From Eledone cirrhosa (taxonomy: Eukaryota), in contig OZ024745.1 of assembly GCA_964016885.1 (NCBI GenBank), positions 6,696,001-6,760,000 on the forward strand: DNA of 64,000 nucleotides, written 5' to 3'. Positions 18,001 to 32,542 of this stretch are shown piece after piece. Position 1 is the first letter of the stretch; each line of letters starts with the position of its first letter. The notes under the pieces were generated by a model. That model was not told the origin of the DNA and ran no database searches. It was given only the letters and a program-made list of their open reading frames with translations. Position numbers and translations under genes: made by a program.

Positions 18001-21000
18001 TTTGTCTCTATATGTGACATGACACATTCACTTTGTCTCTATTGGTGACATGACACATTCACTTTGTCTCTATTGGTAACATGACACATTCATTTTGTCT
18101 CTATTGCTGACATGACACATTCACTTTGTCTCTATTGGTGACATGACACATTCATTTTGTCTCTATTGGTGACATGACACATTCACTTTGTCTCTATTGG
18201 TGACGTGACACATTCACTTTGTCTCTATTGCTGACATGACACATTCACTTTGTCTCTATTGCTGACATGACACATTCACTTTGTCTCTATTGGTGACATG
18301 ACACGTTCATTTGGTCTCTATTGGTCACATGACACATTCATTTGGTCTCTAATGGTGACATGACACATTCATTTTGTCTCTATTGGTGACATAACACATT
18401 CACTTTGTCTCTATTGCTGACATGACACTTTCACTTTGTCTCTATTGGTGACATGACACATTCACTTGGACTCTATTGGTGGCGTGACACAGTCACTTTG
18501 TCTCTATTGGTAACATGACACATTCGTTTTGTCTCTATTGGTGACATGACACATTCACTTTGTCTCTATTGGTGACATGACACGCTCATTTTGTCTCTAT
18601 TGGTGACATGACACATTCACTTGGTCTCTATCGGTGACATGACACATTCACTTTGTCTCTATTGGTGCCATGACACATTCATTTTGTCTCTATTGGTGAC
18701 ATGACACATTCACTTTGTCTCTATTGGTGACATGACACATTCACTTTGTCTCTATTGGTGACATGACACGTTCATTTTGTCTCTATTGGTGACATGACAC
18801 ATTTACTTTGTCTCTATTGGTGACATGACACATTCACTTTGTCTCTATTGGTGACATGACACGTTCATTTGTCTCTATTGGTGACATGACACATTCACTT
18901 TGTCTCTATTGGTGACATGACACACTCACTTTGTCTCTATATGTGACATGACACATTCACTTTGTCTCTATTGGTGACATGACACATTCATTTGGTCTCT
19001 ATTGGTGACATGCCACATTCATTTGGTCTCTATTGGTAACATGCCACATTCATTTGGTCTCTATTGGTGACAAGCCACGTTCACTTTGTCTCTATTGGTG
19101 ACATGCCACATTCACTTTGTCTCTATTGGTGACATAACACATTCACTTTGTCTCTATTGGTGACATGACACATTCACTCTGTCTCTATTAGTGACATGAC
19201 ACATTCACATTGTCTCTATTGGTGACATGACACATTCACTTTGTCTCTATTGGTGACATGACACATTCACTTTGTCTCTATTGGTGACATGACACATTCA
19301 CTTTGTCTCTATTAGTGACATGACACATTCACTTTGTCTCTATTGGTGACATGACACATTCACTTGGACTCTATTGGTGACATGACACAGTCACTTTGTC
19401 TCTATTGGTTACATGACACAGTTACTTTGTCTCTATTGGTAACATGACACATTCACTTTGTCTCTATTGGTAACATGACACATTCACTTTGTCTCTATTG
19501 GTGACATGACACATTCACTTTGTCTCTATTGGTGACATGACACGTTCATTTTGTCTCTATTGGTGACATGACACATTCACTTGGTCTCTATCGGTGACAT
19601 GACACATTCACTTTGTCTCTATTGGTGACATGACACATTCATTTTGTCTCTATTGGTGACATGACACGTTCATTTTGTCTCTATTGGTAACATGACACAT
19701 TCACTTTGTCTCTATTGGTGACATGACACATTCACTTTGTCTCTATTGGTGACATGACACATTCACTTTGTCTCTATTAGTGACATGACACATTCACTTT
19801 GTCTCTATTGGTGACATGACACATTCATTTGGTCTCTATTGGTGACATGCCACATTCATTTGGTCTCTATTGGTGACATGACACATTCACTTTGTCTCTA
19901 TTGGTGACATGACACATTCACTTTGTCTCTATTGGTGACATGACACGTTCACTTTGTCTCTATTGGTGACATGACACATTCACTTGGTCTCTATTGCTGA
20001 CATGACACATTCACTTGGTCTCTATTGCTGACATGACACATTAACTTGGTCTCTATTGCTGACATGACACATTAACTTTGTCTCTATTGGTGACATGACA
20101 CATTCACTTTGTCTCTATTGGTGACATGACACATTCACTTTGTCTCTATTGGTGACATGCCACATTCACTTTGTCTCTATTGGTGACATAAGACATTCAC
20201 TTTGTCTCTATTGGTGACATGACACATTCACTCTGTCTCTATTAGTGACATGACACATTCACTTTGTCTCTATTAGTGACATGACACATTCACTTTGTCT
20301 CTATTGGTGACATGACACATTCACATTGTCTCTATTGGTGACATGACACATTCATTTTGTGTCTATTGGTGACATGACACATTCATTTGGTCTCTATTGG
20401 TGACATGACACATTCATTTGGTCTCTATTGGTGACATGACACATTCACTTTGTCTCTTTTGGTGACATGACACATTCACTTTGTCTCTATTGGTGACATG
20501 ACACACTCACTTTGTCTCTATATGTGACATGACCCATTCACTTTGTCTCTATTGGTGACATGACACATTCATTTGGTCTCTATTGGTGACATGCCACATT
20601 CATTTGGTCTCTATTGGTGACATGCCACATTTATTTGGTCTCTATTGGTGAAAGGCCACGTTCACTTTGTCTCTATTGGTGACATGACACATTCACATTG
20701 TCTCTATTGGTGACATGACACATTCACTTTGTCTCTATTGGTGACATAACACATTCACTTTGTCTCTATTGGTGACATGACACATTCACGTTGTCTCTAT
20801 TAGTGACATGACACATTCACTTTGTCTCTATTGGTGACATGACACATTCACATTGTCTCTATTGGTGACATGACACATTCACTTTGTCTCTATTGGTGAC
20901 AGGATACATTCATTTGGTCTCTATTGGTGACATGACACATTCACTTTGTCTCTATTGCTGACATGACACATTCACATTGTCTCTATTGGTGACATGACAC

Positions 21001-24000
21001 ATTCACATTGTCTCTATTGGTGACATGACACAATCACATTGTCTCTATTGGTGACATGACACGTTCACTTTGTCTCTATTGGTGACATGACACATTCACT
21101 TTGTCTCTATTGGTGACATGACACATTCATTTTGTGTCTATTGGTGACATGACACATTCATTTGGTCTCTATTGGTGACATGACACATTCATTTGGTCTC
21201 TATTGGTGACATGACACATTCACTTTGTCTCTATTGGTGACATGACACATTCACTTTGTCTCTATTGGTGACATGACACATTCACTTTGTCTCTATTGGT
21301 GACATGACACATTCACTTTGTCTCTATTGGTGACATGACACATTCATTTGGTCTCTATTGGTGACATGACACATTCATTTGGTCTCTCTTGGTGACATGA
21401 CACATTCATTTTGTCTCTATTGGTGACATGACACATTCACTTGGTCTCTATCGGTGACATGACACATTCACTTTGTCTCTATTGGTGATATGACACATTC
21501 ATTTTGTCTCTATTGGTGACATGACACATTCACTTTGTCTCTATTGGTGACATGACACATTCACTTTGTCTCTATTGGTGACATGACACGTTCATTTTGT
21601 CTCTATTGGTGACATGACACATTCACTTTGTCTCTATTGGTGACATGACACATTCATTTGGTCTCTATTGGTGACATGACACATTCATTTGGACTCTATT
21701 GGTGACATGACACATTCATTTTGTCTCTATTGGTGACATGACACATTCACTTGGTCTCTATCGGTGACATGACACATTCACTTTGTCTCTATTGGTGACA
21801 TGACACGTTCATTTTGTCTCTATTGGTGACATGACACATTCACTTTGTCTCTATTGGTGACATGACACATTCACTTTGTCTCTATTGGTGACATGACACG
21901 TTCATTTGTCTCTATTGGTGACATGACACATTCACTTTGTCTCTATTGGTGACATGACACACTCACTTTGTCTCTATATGTGACATGACACATTCACTTT
22001 GTCTCTATTGGTGACATGACACATTCATTTGGTCTCTATTGGTGACATGCCACATTCATTTGGTCTCTATTGGTGACATGCCACATTCATTTGGTCTCTA
22101 TTGGTGAAAGGCCACGTTCACTTTGTCTCTATTGGTGACATGCCACATTCACTTTGTCTCTATTGGTGACATAAGACATTCACTTTGTCTCTATTGGTGA
22201 CATGACACATTCACTCTGTCTCTATTAGTGACATGACACATTCACATTGTCTCTATTGGTGACATGACACATTCACTTTGTCTCTATTGGTGACATAACA
22301 CATTCACTTTGTCTCTATTAGTGACATGACACATTCACTTTGTCTCTATTGGTGACATGACACATTCACATTGTCTCTATTGGTGACATGACACATTCAC
22401 TTTGTCTCTATTGGTGACAGGATACATTCATTTGGTCTCTATTGGTGACATGACACATTCACTTTGTCTCTATTGCTGACATGACACATTCACATTGTCT
22501 CTATTGGTGACATGACACATTCACTTTGTCTCTATTGGTGACATGACACATTCACTTTGTCTCTATTGGTGACATGACACGTTCATTTTGTCTCTATTGG
22601 TGACATGACACATTCACTTTGTCTCTATTGGTGACATGACACATTCACTTTGTCTCTATTGGTGACATGACACGTTCATTTGTCTCTATTGGTGACATGA
22701 CACATTCACTTTGTCTCTATTGGTGACATGACACACTCACTTTGTCTCTATATGTGACATGACACATTCACTTTGTCTCTATTGGTGACATGACACATTC
22801 ATTTGGTCTCTATTGGTGACATGCCACATTCATTTGGTCTCTATTGGTGACATGCCACATTCATTTGGTCTCTATTGGTGAAAGGCCACGTTCACTTTGT
22901 CTCTATTGGTGACATGCCACATTCACTTTGTCTCTATTGGTGACATAAGACATTCACTTTGTCTCTATTGGTGACATGACACATTCACTCTGTCTCTATT
23001 AGTTACATGACACATTCACATTGTCTCTATTGGTGACATGACACATTCACTTTGTCTCTATTGGTGACATAACACATTCACTTTGTCTCTATTGGTGACA
23101 TGACACATTCACTTTGTCTCTATTAGTGACATGACACATTCACTTTGTCTCTATTGGTGACATGACACATTCACTTTGTCTCTATTGGTGACATGACACG
23201 TTCATTTGTCTCTATTGGTGACATGACACATTCACTTTGTCTCTATTGGTGACATGACACACTCACTTTGTCTCTATATGTGACATGACACATTCACTTT
23301 GTCTCTATTGGTGACATGACACATTCATTTGGTCTCTATTGGTGACATGCCACATTCATTTGGTCTCTATTGGTGACATGCCACATTCATTTGGTCTCTA
23401 TTGGTGAAAGGCCACGTTCACTTTGTCTCTATTGGTGACATGCCACATTCACTTTGTCTCTATTGGTGACATAAGACATTCACTTTGTCTCTATTGGTGA
23501 CATGACACATTCACTCTGTCTCTATTAGTTACATGACACATTCACATTGTCTCTATTGGTGACATGACACATTCACTTTGTCTCTATTGGTGACATAACA
23601 CATTCACTTTGTCTCTATTGGTGACATGACACATTCACTTTGTCTCTATTAGTGACATGACACATTCACTTTGTCTCTATTGGTGACATGACACATTCAC
23701 ATTGTCTCTATTGGTGACATGACACATTCACTTTGTCTCTATTGGTGACAGGATACATTCATTTGGTCTCTATTGGTGACATGACACATTCACTTTGTCT
23801 CTATTGCTGACATGACACATTCACATTGTCTCTATTGGTGACATGACACATTCACATTGTCTCTATTGGTGACATGACACATTCACATTGTCTCTATTGG
23901 TGACATGACACGTTCACTTTGTCTCTATTGGTGACATGACACATTCACTTTGTCTCTATTGGTGACATGACACATTCATTTTGTGTCTATTGGTGACATG

Positions 24001-27000
24001 ACACATTCATTTGGTCTCTATTGGTGACATGACACATTCATTTGGTCTCTATTGGTGACATGACACATTCACTTTGTCTCTATTGGTGACATGACACATT
24101 CACTTTGTCTCTATTGGTGACATGACACACTCACTTTGTCTCTATTGGTGACATGACACATTCACTTTGTCTCTATTGGTGACATGACACATTCATTTGG
24201 TCTCTATTGGTGACATGACACATTCATTTGGTCTCTATTGATGACATGACACATTCATTTGGTCTCTATTGGTGACATGACACATTCACCTTGTCTCTAT
24301 TGGTGACATGACACATTCACTTGGTCTCTATTGCTGACATGACACATTCACTTGGTCTCTATTGCTGACATGACACATTCACTTTGTCTCTATTGATGAC
24401 ATGACACATTCACTTTGTCTCTATTGGTGACATGACACATTCACTTTGTCTCTATTGGTGGCATGACACATTCACTTTGTCTCTATTGGTGACATGACAC
24501 ATTCATTTGGTCTCTATTGAAGACATGACACATTCATTTGGTCTCTATTGGTGACATGACACATTCACCTTGTCTCTATTGGTGACATGACACATTCACT
24601 TGGTCTCTATTGCTGACATGACACATTCACTTGGTCTCTATTGCTGACATGACACATTCACTTTGTCTCTATTGCTGACATGACACATTCACCTTGTCTC
24701 TATTGGTGACATGACACATTCATTTTGTCTCTATTGGTGACATGACACATTCATTTTGTCTCTATTGGTGACATGACACATTCACTTTGTCTCTATTGCA
24801 GACATGACACATTCACTTTGTCTCTATTGGTGACATGACACATTCACTTGGACTCTATTGGTGACATGACACATTCACTTTGTCTCTATTGGTGACATGA
24901 CACATTCATTTTGTCTCTATTGGTGACTGGACACATTCACTTGGTCTCTATTGGTAACATGACACATTCACTTTGTCTCTATTGGTGACATGACACTCAC
25001 TTTGTCTCTATTGGTGACATGACACATTCACTTTGTCTCTACTGGTGACATGACACATTCATTTGGTCTCTATTGGTGACATGCCACATTCATTTGGTCT
25101 CTATTGGTGACATGGCACATTCATTTGGTCTCTATTGGTGACATGACACATTCATTTGGTCTCTATTGGTGACATGACACCTTCATTTGGTCTCTATTGG
25201 TGACATGACACATTCATTTCGTCTCTATTGGTGACGTGACACATTCATTTGGTCTCTATTGGTGACATGACACGTTCATTTGGTCTCTATTGGTGACATG
25301 ACACATTCATTTGGTCTCTATTGGAGACATGACACATTCATTTTGTCTCTATTGGTGACATGACACATTCACTTGGTCTCTATTGCTGACATGACACATT
25401 CACTTTGTCTGTATTAGTAACATGGCACATTCACTTTGTCTCTATTGGTGACATGACACATTCACTTTGTCTCTATTGGTGACATGACACATTCACTTTG
25501 GTCTCTATTAGTGACATGACACATTCACTTTGTCTCTATTGGTGACATGACACATTCACTTGGTCTCTATTGGTGACATGACACATTCATTTGGTCTCTA
25601 TTAGTGACATGACACATTCACTTTGTCTCTATTGGTGACATGACACATTCACTTTGTCTCTATTGGTGACATGACACATTCACTTGGTCTCTATTGGTGA
25701 CATGACACATTCATTTGGTCTCTATTAGTGACATGACACATTCACTTTGTCTCTATTGGTGACATGACACATTCACTTGGTCTCTATTGCTGACATGACA
25801 CGTTCACTTTGTCTCTATTGGTGACATGCCACATTCATTTTGTGTCTATTGGTGACATGACACATTCATTTTGTCTCTATTGGTGACGTGACACATTCAC
25901 TTTGTCTCTATTGGTGACATGACACATTCACTCTGTCTCTATTGGTGGCATGACACATTCATTTGGTCTCTATTGGTGACGTGACACATTCACTTTGTCT
26001 CTATTGGTGACATGACACATTCACTTTGTCTCTATTGGTGACATGACACATTCACTTTGTCTCTATTGGTGACATGACACATTCATTTGGTCTCTATTGG
26101 TGACATGACACATTCATTTGGTCTCTATTGGTGACATGACACATTCATTTGGTCTTTATTGGTGACATGACACCTTCATTTGGTCTCTATTGGTGACATG
26201 ACACCTTCTTTTGGTCTCTATTGGTGACGTGACACATTCATTTGGTCTCTATTGGTGACGTGACACATTCCTTTGGTCTCTATTGGTGACGTTACACATT
26301 CATTTTGTCTCTATTGGTGACATGACACATTCACTTTGTCTCTATTGGTGACATGTCACAGTCACTTTGTCTCTATTGGTGACATGACACATTCACTTTG
26401 TCTGTATTGGTAACATGACACATTCACTTTGTCTCTATTGGTGACATGACACATTCACTTTGTCTCTATTGGTGACATGACACATTCATTTGGTCTCTAT
26501 TGGTGACATGACACATTCATTTGTTCTCTATTGGTGACATGACACATTCACTTTGTCTCTATTGGTGACATGACACATTCAGTTTGTCTCTATTGGTGAC
26601 ATGACACTTTCACTTTGTCTCTATTGGTGACATGACACATTCACTTTGTCTCTATTGGTGACATGACACATCCATTTGGTCTCTATTGGTGACATGACAC
26701 ATTCATTTGGTCTCTATTGGTGACATGACACATTCACTTTGTCTCTATTGGTGACATGACACATTCACTTTGTCTCTATTGGTGACATGACACATTCACT
26801 TTGTCTCTATTGGTGGCATGACACATTCACTTTGTCTCTATTGGTGACATGACACATTCATTTGGTCTCTATTGGTGACATGACACATTCATTTGGTCTC
26901 TATTGGTGACATGACACATTCACCTTGTCTCTATTGGTGACATGACACATTCACTTGGTCTCTATTGCTGACATGACACATTCACTTGGTCTCTATTTCT

Positions 27001-30000
27001 GACATGACACATTCACTTTGTCTCTATTGCTGACATGACACATTCACCTTGTCTCTATTGGTGACATGACACATTCATTTTGTCTCTATTGGTGACATGA
27101 CACATTCATTTTGTCTCTATTGGTGACATGACACATTCACTTTGTCTCTATTGCAGACATGACACATTCACTTTGTCTCTATTGGTGACATGACACATTC
27201 ACTTGGACTCTATTGGTGACATGACACATTCACTTTGTCTCTATTGGTGACATGACACATTCATTTTGTCTCTATTGGTGACTGGACACATTCACTTGGT
27301 CTCTATTGGTGACATGACACATTCACTTTGTCTCTATTGGTGACATGACACTCACTTTGTCTCTATTGGTGACATGACACATTCACTTTGTCTCTACTGG
27401 TGACATGACACATTCATTTGGTCTCTATTGGTGACATGCCACATTCATTTGGTCTCTATTGGTGACATGACACATTCATTTGGTCTCTATTGGTGACATG
27501 ACACATTCATTTGGTCTCTATTGGTGACATGACACCTTCATTTGGTCTCTATTGGTGACATGACACATTAATTTGGTCTCTATTGGTGACGTGACACATT
27601 CACTTTGTCTCTATTGGTGACATGACACATTCATTTGGTCTCTATTGGTGACATGACACGTTCATTTGGTCTCTATTGGTGACATGACACATTCATTTGG
27701 TCTCTATTGGAGACATGACACATTCACTTTGTCTCTATTGGTGGCATGACACATTCACTTTGTCTCTATTGGTGACATGACACATTCATTTGGTCTCTAT
27801 TGAAGACATGACACATTCATTTGGTCTCTATTGGTGACATGACACATTCACCTTGTCTCTATTGGTGACATGACACATTCACTTGGTCTCTATTGCTGAC
27901 ATGACACATTCACTTGGTCTCTATTGCTGACATGACACATTCACTTTGTCTCTATTGCTGACATGACACATTCACCTTGTCTCTATTGGTGACATGACAC
28001 ATTCATTTTGTCTCTATTGGTGACATGACACATTCATTTTGTCTCTATTGGTGACATGACACATTCACTTTGTCTCTATTGCAGACATGACACATTCACT
28101 TTGTCTCTATTGGTGACATGACACATTCACTTGGACTCTATTGGTGACATGACACATTCACTTTGTCTCTATTGGTGACATGACACATTCATTTTGTCTC
28201 TATTGGTGACTGGACACATTCACTTGGTCTCTATTGGTAACATGACACATTCACTTTGTCTCTATTGGTGACATGACACTCACTTTGTCTCTATTGGTGA
28301 CATGACACATTCACTTTGTCTCTACTGGTGACATGACACATTCATTTGGTCTCTATTGGTGACATGCCACATTCATTTGGTCTCTATTGGTGACATGGCA
28401 CATTCATTTGGTCTCTATTGGTGACATGACACATTCATTTGGTCTCTATTGGTGACATGACACCTTCATTTGGTCTCTATTGGTGACATGACACATTCAT
28501 TTCGTCTCTATTGGTGACGTGACACATTCATTTGGTCTCTATTGGTGACATGACACGTTCATTTGGTCTCTATTGGTGACATGACACATTCATTTGGTCT
28601 CTATTGGAGACATGACACATTCATTTTGTCTCTATTGGTGACATGACACATTCACTTGGTCTCTATTGCTGACATGACACATTCACTTTGTCTGTATTAG
28701 TAACATGGCACATTCACTTTGTCTCTATTGGTGACATGACACATTCACTTTGTCTCTATTGGTGACATGACACATTCACTTTGGTCTCTATTAGTGACAT
28801 GACACATTCACTTTGTCTCTATTGGTGACATGACACATTCACTTGGTCTCTATTGGTGACATGACACATTCATTTGGTCTCTATTAGTGACATGACACAT
28901 TCACTTTGTCTCTATTGGTGACATGACACATTCACTTTGTCTCTATTGGTGACATGACACATTCACTTGGTCTCTATTGGTGACATGACACATTCATTTG
29001 GTCTCTATTAGTGACATGACACATTCACTTTGTCTCTATTGGTGACATGACACATTCACTTGGTCTCTATTGCTGACATGACACGTTCACTTTGTCTCTA
29101 TTGGTGACATGCCACATTCATTTTGTGTCTATTGGTGACATGACACATTCATTTTGTCTCTATTGGTGACGTGACACATTCACTTTGTCTCTATTGGTGA
29201 CATGACACATTCACTCTGTCTCTATTGGTGGCATGACACATTCATTTGGTCTCTATTGGTGACGTGACACATTCACTTTGTCTCTATTGGTGACATGACA
29301 CATTCACTTTGTCTCTATTGGTGACATGACACATTCACTTTGTCTCTATTGGTGACATGACACATTCATTTGGTCTCTATTGGTGACATGACACATTCAT
29401 TTGGTCTCTATTGGTGACATGACACATTCATTTGGTCTTTATTGGTGACATGACACCTTCATTTGGTCTCTATTGGTGACATGACACCTTCTTTTGGTCT
29501 CTATTGGTGACGTGACACATTCATTTGGTCTCTATTGGTGACGTGACACATTCCTTTGGTCTCTATTGGTGACGTTACACATTCATTTTGTCTCTATTGG
29601 TGACATGACACATTCACTTTGTCTCTATTGGTGACATGTCACAGTCACTTTGTCTCTATTGGTGACATGACACATTCACTTTGTCTGTATTGGTAACATG
29701 ACACATTCACTTTGTCTCTATTGGTGACATGACACATTCACTTTGTCTCTATTGGTGACATGACACATTCATTTGGTCTCTATTGGTGACATGACACATT
29801 CATTTGTTCTCTATTGGTGACATGACACATTCACTTTGTCTCTATTGGTGACATGACACATTCAGTTTGTCTCTATTGGTGACATGACACTTTCACTTTG
29901 TCTCTATTGGTGACATGACACATTCACTTTGTCTCTATTGGTGACATGACACATCCATTTGGTCTCTATTGGTGACATGACACATTCATTTGGTCTCTAT

Positions 30001-32444
30001 TGGTGACATGACACATTCACTTTGTCTCTATTGGTGACATGACACATTCACTTTGTCTCTATTGGTGACATGACACATTCACTTTGTCTCTATTGGTGGC
30101 ATGACACATTCACTTTGTCTCTATTGGTGACATGACACATTCATTTGGTCTCTATTGGTGACATGACACATTCATTTGGTCTCTATTGGTGACATGACAC
30201 ATTCACCTTGTCTCTATTGGTGACATGACACATTCACTTGGTCTCTATTGCTGACATGACACATTCACTTGGTCTCTATTTCTGACATGACACATTCACT
30301 TTGTCTCTATTGCTGACATGACACATTCACCTTGTCTCTATTGGTGACATGACACATTCATTTTGTCTCTATTGGTGACATGACACATTCATTTTGTCTC
30401 TATTGGTGACATGACACATTCACTTTGTCTCTATTGCAGACATGACACATTCACTTTGTCTCTATTGGTGACATGACACATTCACTTGGACTCTATTGGT
30501 GACATGACACATTCACTTTGTCTCTATTGGTGACATGACACATTCATTTTGTCTCTATTGGTGACTGGACACATTCACTTGGTCTCTATTGGTGACATGA
30601 CACATTCACTTTGTCTCTATTGGTGACATGACACTCACTTTGTCTCTATTGGTGACATGACACATTCACTTTGTCTCTACTGGTGACATGACACATTCAT
30701 TTGGTCTCTATTGGTGACATGCCACATTCATTTGGTCTCTATTGGTGACATGACACATTCATTTGGTCTCTATTGGTGACATGACACATTCATTTGGTCT
30801 CTATTGGTGACATGACACCTTCATTTGGTCTCTATTGGTGACATGACACATTAATTTGGTCTCTATTGGTGACGTGACACATTCACTTTGTCTCTATTGG
30901 TGACATGACACATTCATTTGGTCTCTATTGGTGACATGACACGTTCATTTGGTCTCTATTGGTGACATGACACATTCATTTGGTCTCTATTGGAGACATG
31001 ACACATTCATTTTGTCTCTATTGGTGACATGACACATTCACTTTGTCTCTATTGGTGACATGACACATTCACTTTGTCTGTATTAGTAACATGGCACATT
31101 CACTTTGTCTCTATTGGTGACATGACACATTCACTTTGTCTCTATTGGTGACATGACACATTCACTTTGGTCTCTATTAGTGACATGACACATTCACTTT
31201 GTCTCTATTGGTGACATGACACATTCACTTGGTCTCTATTGGTGACATGACACATTCATTTGGTCTCTATTAGTGACATGACACATTCACTTTGTCTCTA
31301 TTTGTGACATGACACATTCACTTTGTCTCTATTGGTGACATGACACATTCACTTGGTCTCTATTGGTGACATGACACATTCATTTGGTCTCTATTAGTGA
31401 CATGACACATTCACTTTGTCTCTATTGGTGACATGACACATTCACTTGGTCTCTATTGCTGACATGACACGTTCACTTTGTCTCTATTGGTGACATGCCA
31501 CATTCATTTTGTGTCTATTGGTGACATGACACATTCATTTTGTCTCTATTGGTGACGTGACACATTCACTTTGTCTCTATTGGTGACATGACACATTCAC
31601 TCTGTCTCTATTGGTGGCATGACACATTCATTTGGTCTCTATTGGTGACATGACACATTCACTTTGTCTCTATTGGTGACATGACACATTCACTTTGTCT
31701 CTATTGGTGACATGACACATTCACTTTGTCTCTATTGGTGACATGACACATTCATTTGGTCTCTATTGGTGACATGACACATTCATTTGGTCTCTATTGG
31801 TGACATGACACATTCATTTGGTCTTTATTGGTGACATGACACCTTCATTTGGTCTCTATTGGTGACATGACACCTTCATTTGGTCTCTATTGGTGACGTG
31901 ACACATTCATTTGGTCTCTATTGGTGACGTGACACATTCCTTTGGTCTCTATTGGTGACGTTACACATTCATTTTGTCTCTATTGGTGACATGACACATT
32001 CACTTTGTCTCTATTGGTGACATGTCACAGTCACTTTGTCTCTATTGGTGACATGACACATTCACTTTGTCTGTATTGGTAACATGACACATTCACTTTG
32101 TCTCTATTGGTGACATGACACATTCACTTTGTCTCTATTGGTGACATGACACATTCATTTGGTCTCTATTGGTGACATGACACATTCATTTGTTCTCTAT
32201 TGGTTACATGACACATTCACTTTGTCTCTATTGGTGACATGACACATTCACTTTGTCTCTATTGGTGACATGACACATTCACTTGGTCTCTATTGGTGAC
32301 ATGACACATTCACTTTGTCTCTATTGATGACATGACACATTCACTTGGTCTCTATTGGTGACATGACACATTCACTTGGTCTCTATTGGTGACATGACGC
32401 ATTCACTTGGTCTCTATTGGTGACATGACACATTCACTTGGTCT
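1..32444. repeat. Satellite array A, 31-bp monomer ACATTCA(C/T)TT(T/G)GTCTCTATTGGTGACATGAC, about 1045 copies, open at the left edge
   Basis: Monomer starts at 1, 32, 63 and so on. The array is uninterrupted, with point variants and occasional 29, 30 or 32-bp units. It ends at ...CACTTGGTCT (32444). Confidence 0.99.
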
Positions 32445-32542
32445 ACTTTTGGTTTTGTTGTTTATTTTGTTTGTTTTGTCTCACTGTGGGTTTTCAGTAA
32501 TTCACCTGCAACTCAATTTACTTGTACTTCTCCTCTATCTAG

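Noticed and set aside
1-32444. CRISPR-like array (31-bp repeats with weak dyad symmetry; also considered for satellite B and 42033-43568)
   Set aside because: Repeats are directly adjacent with no unique spacers, there are no cas genes, and the context is eukaryotic.
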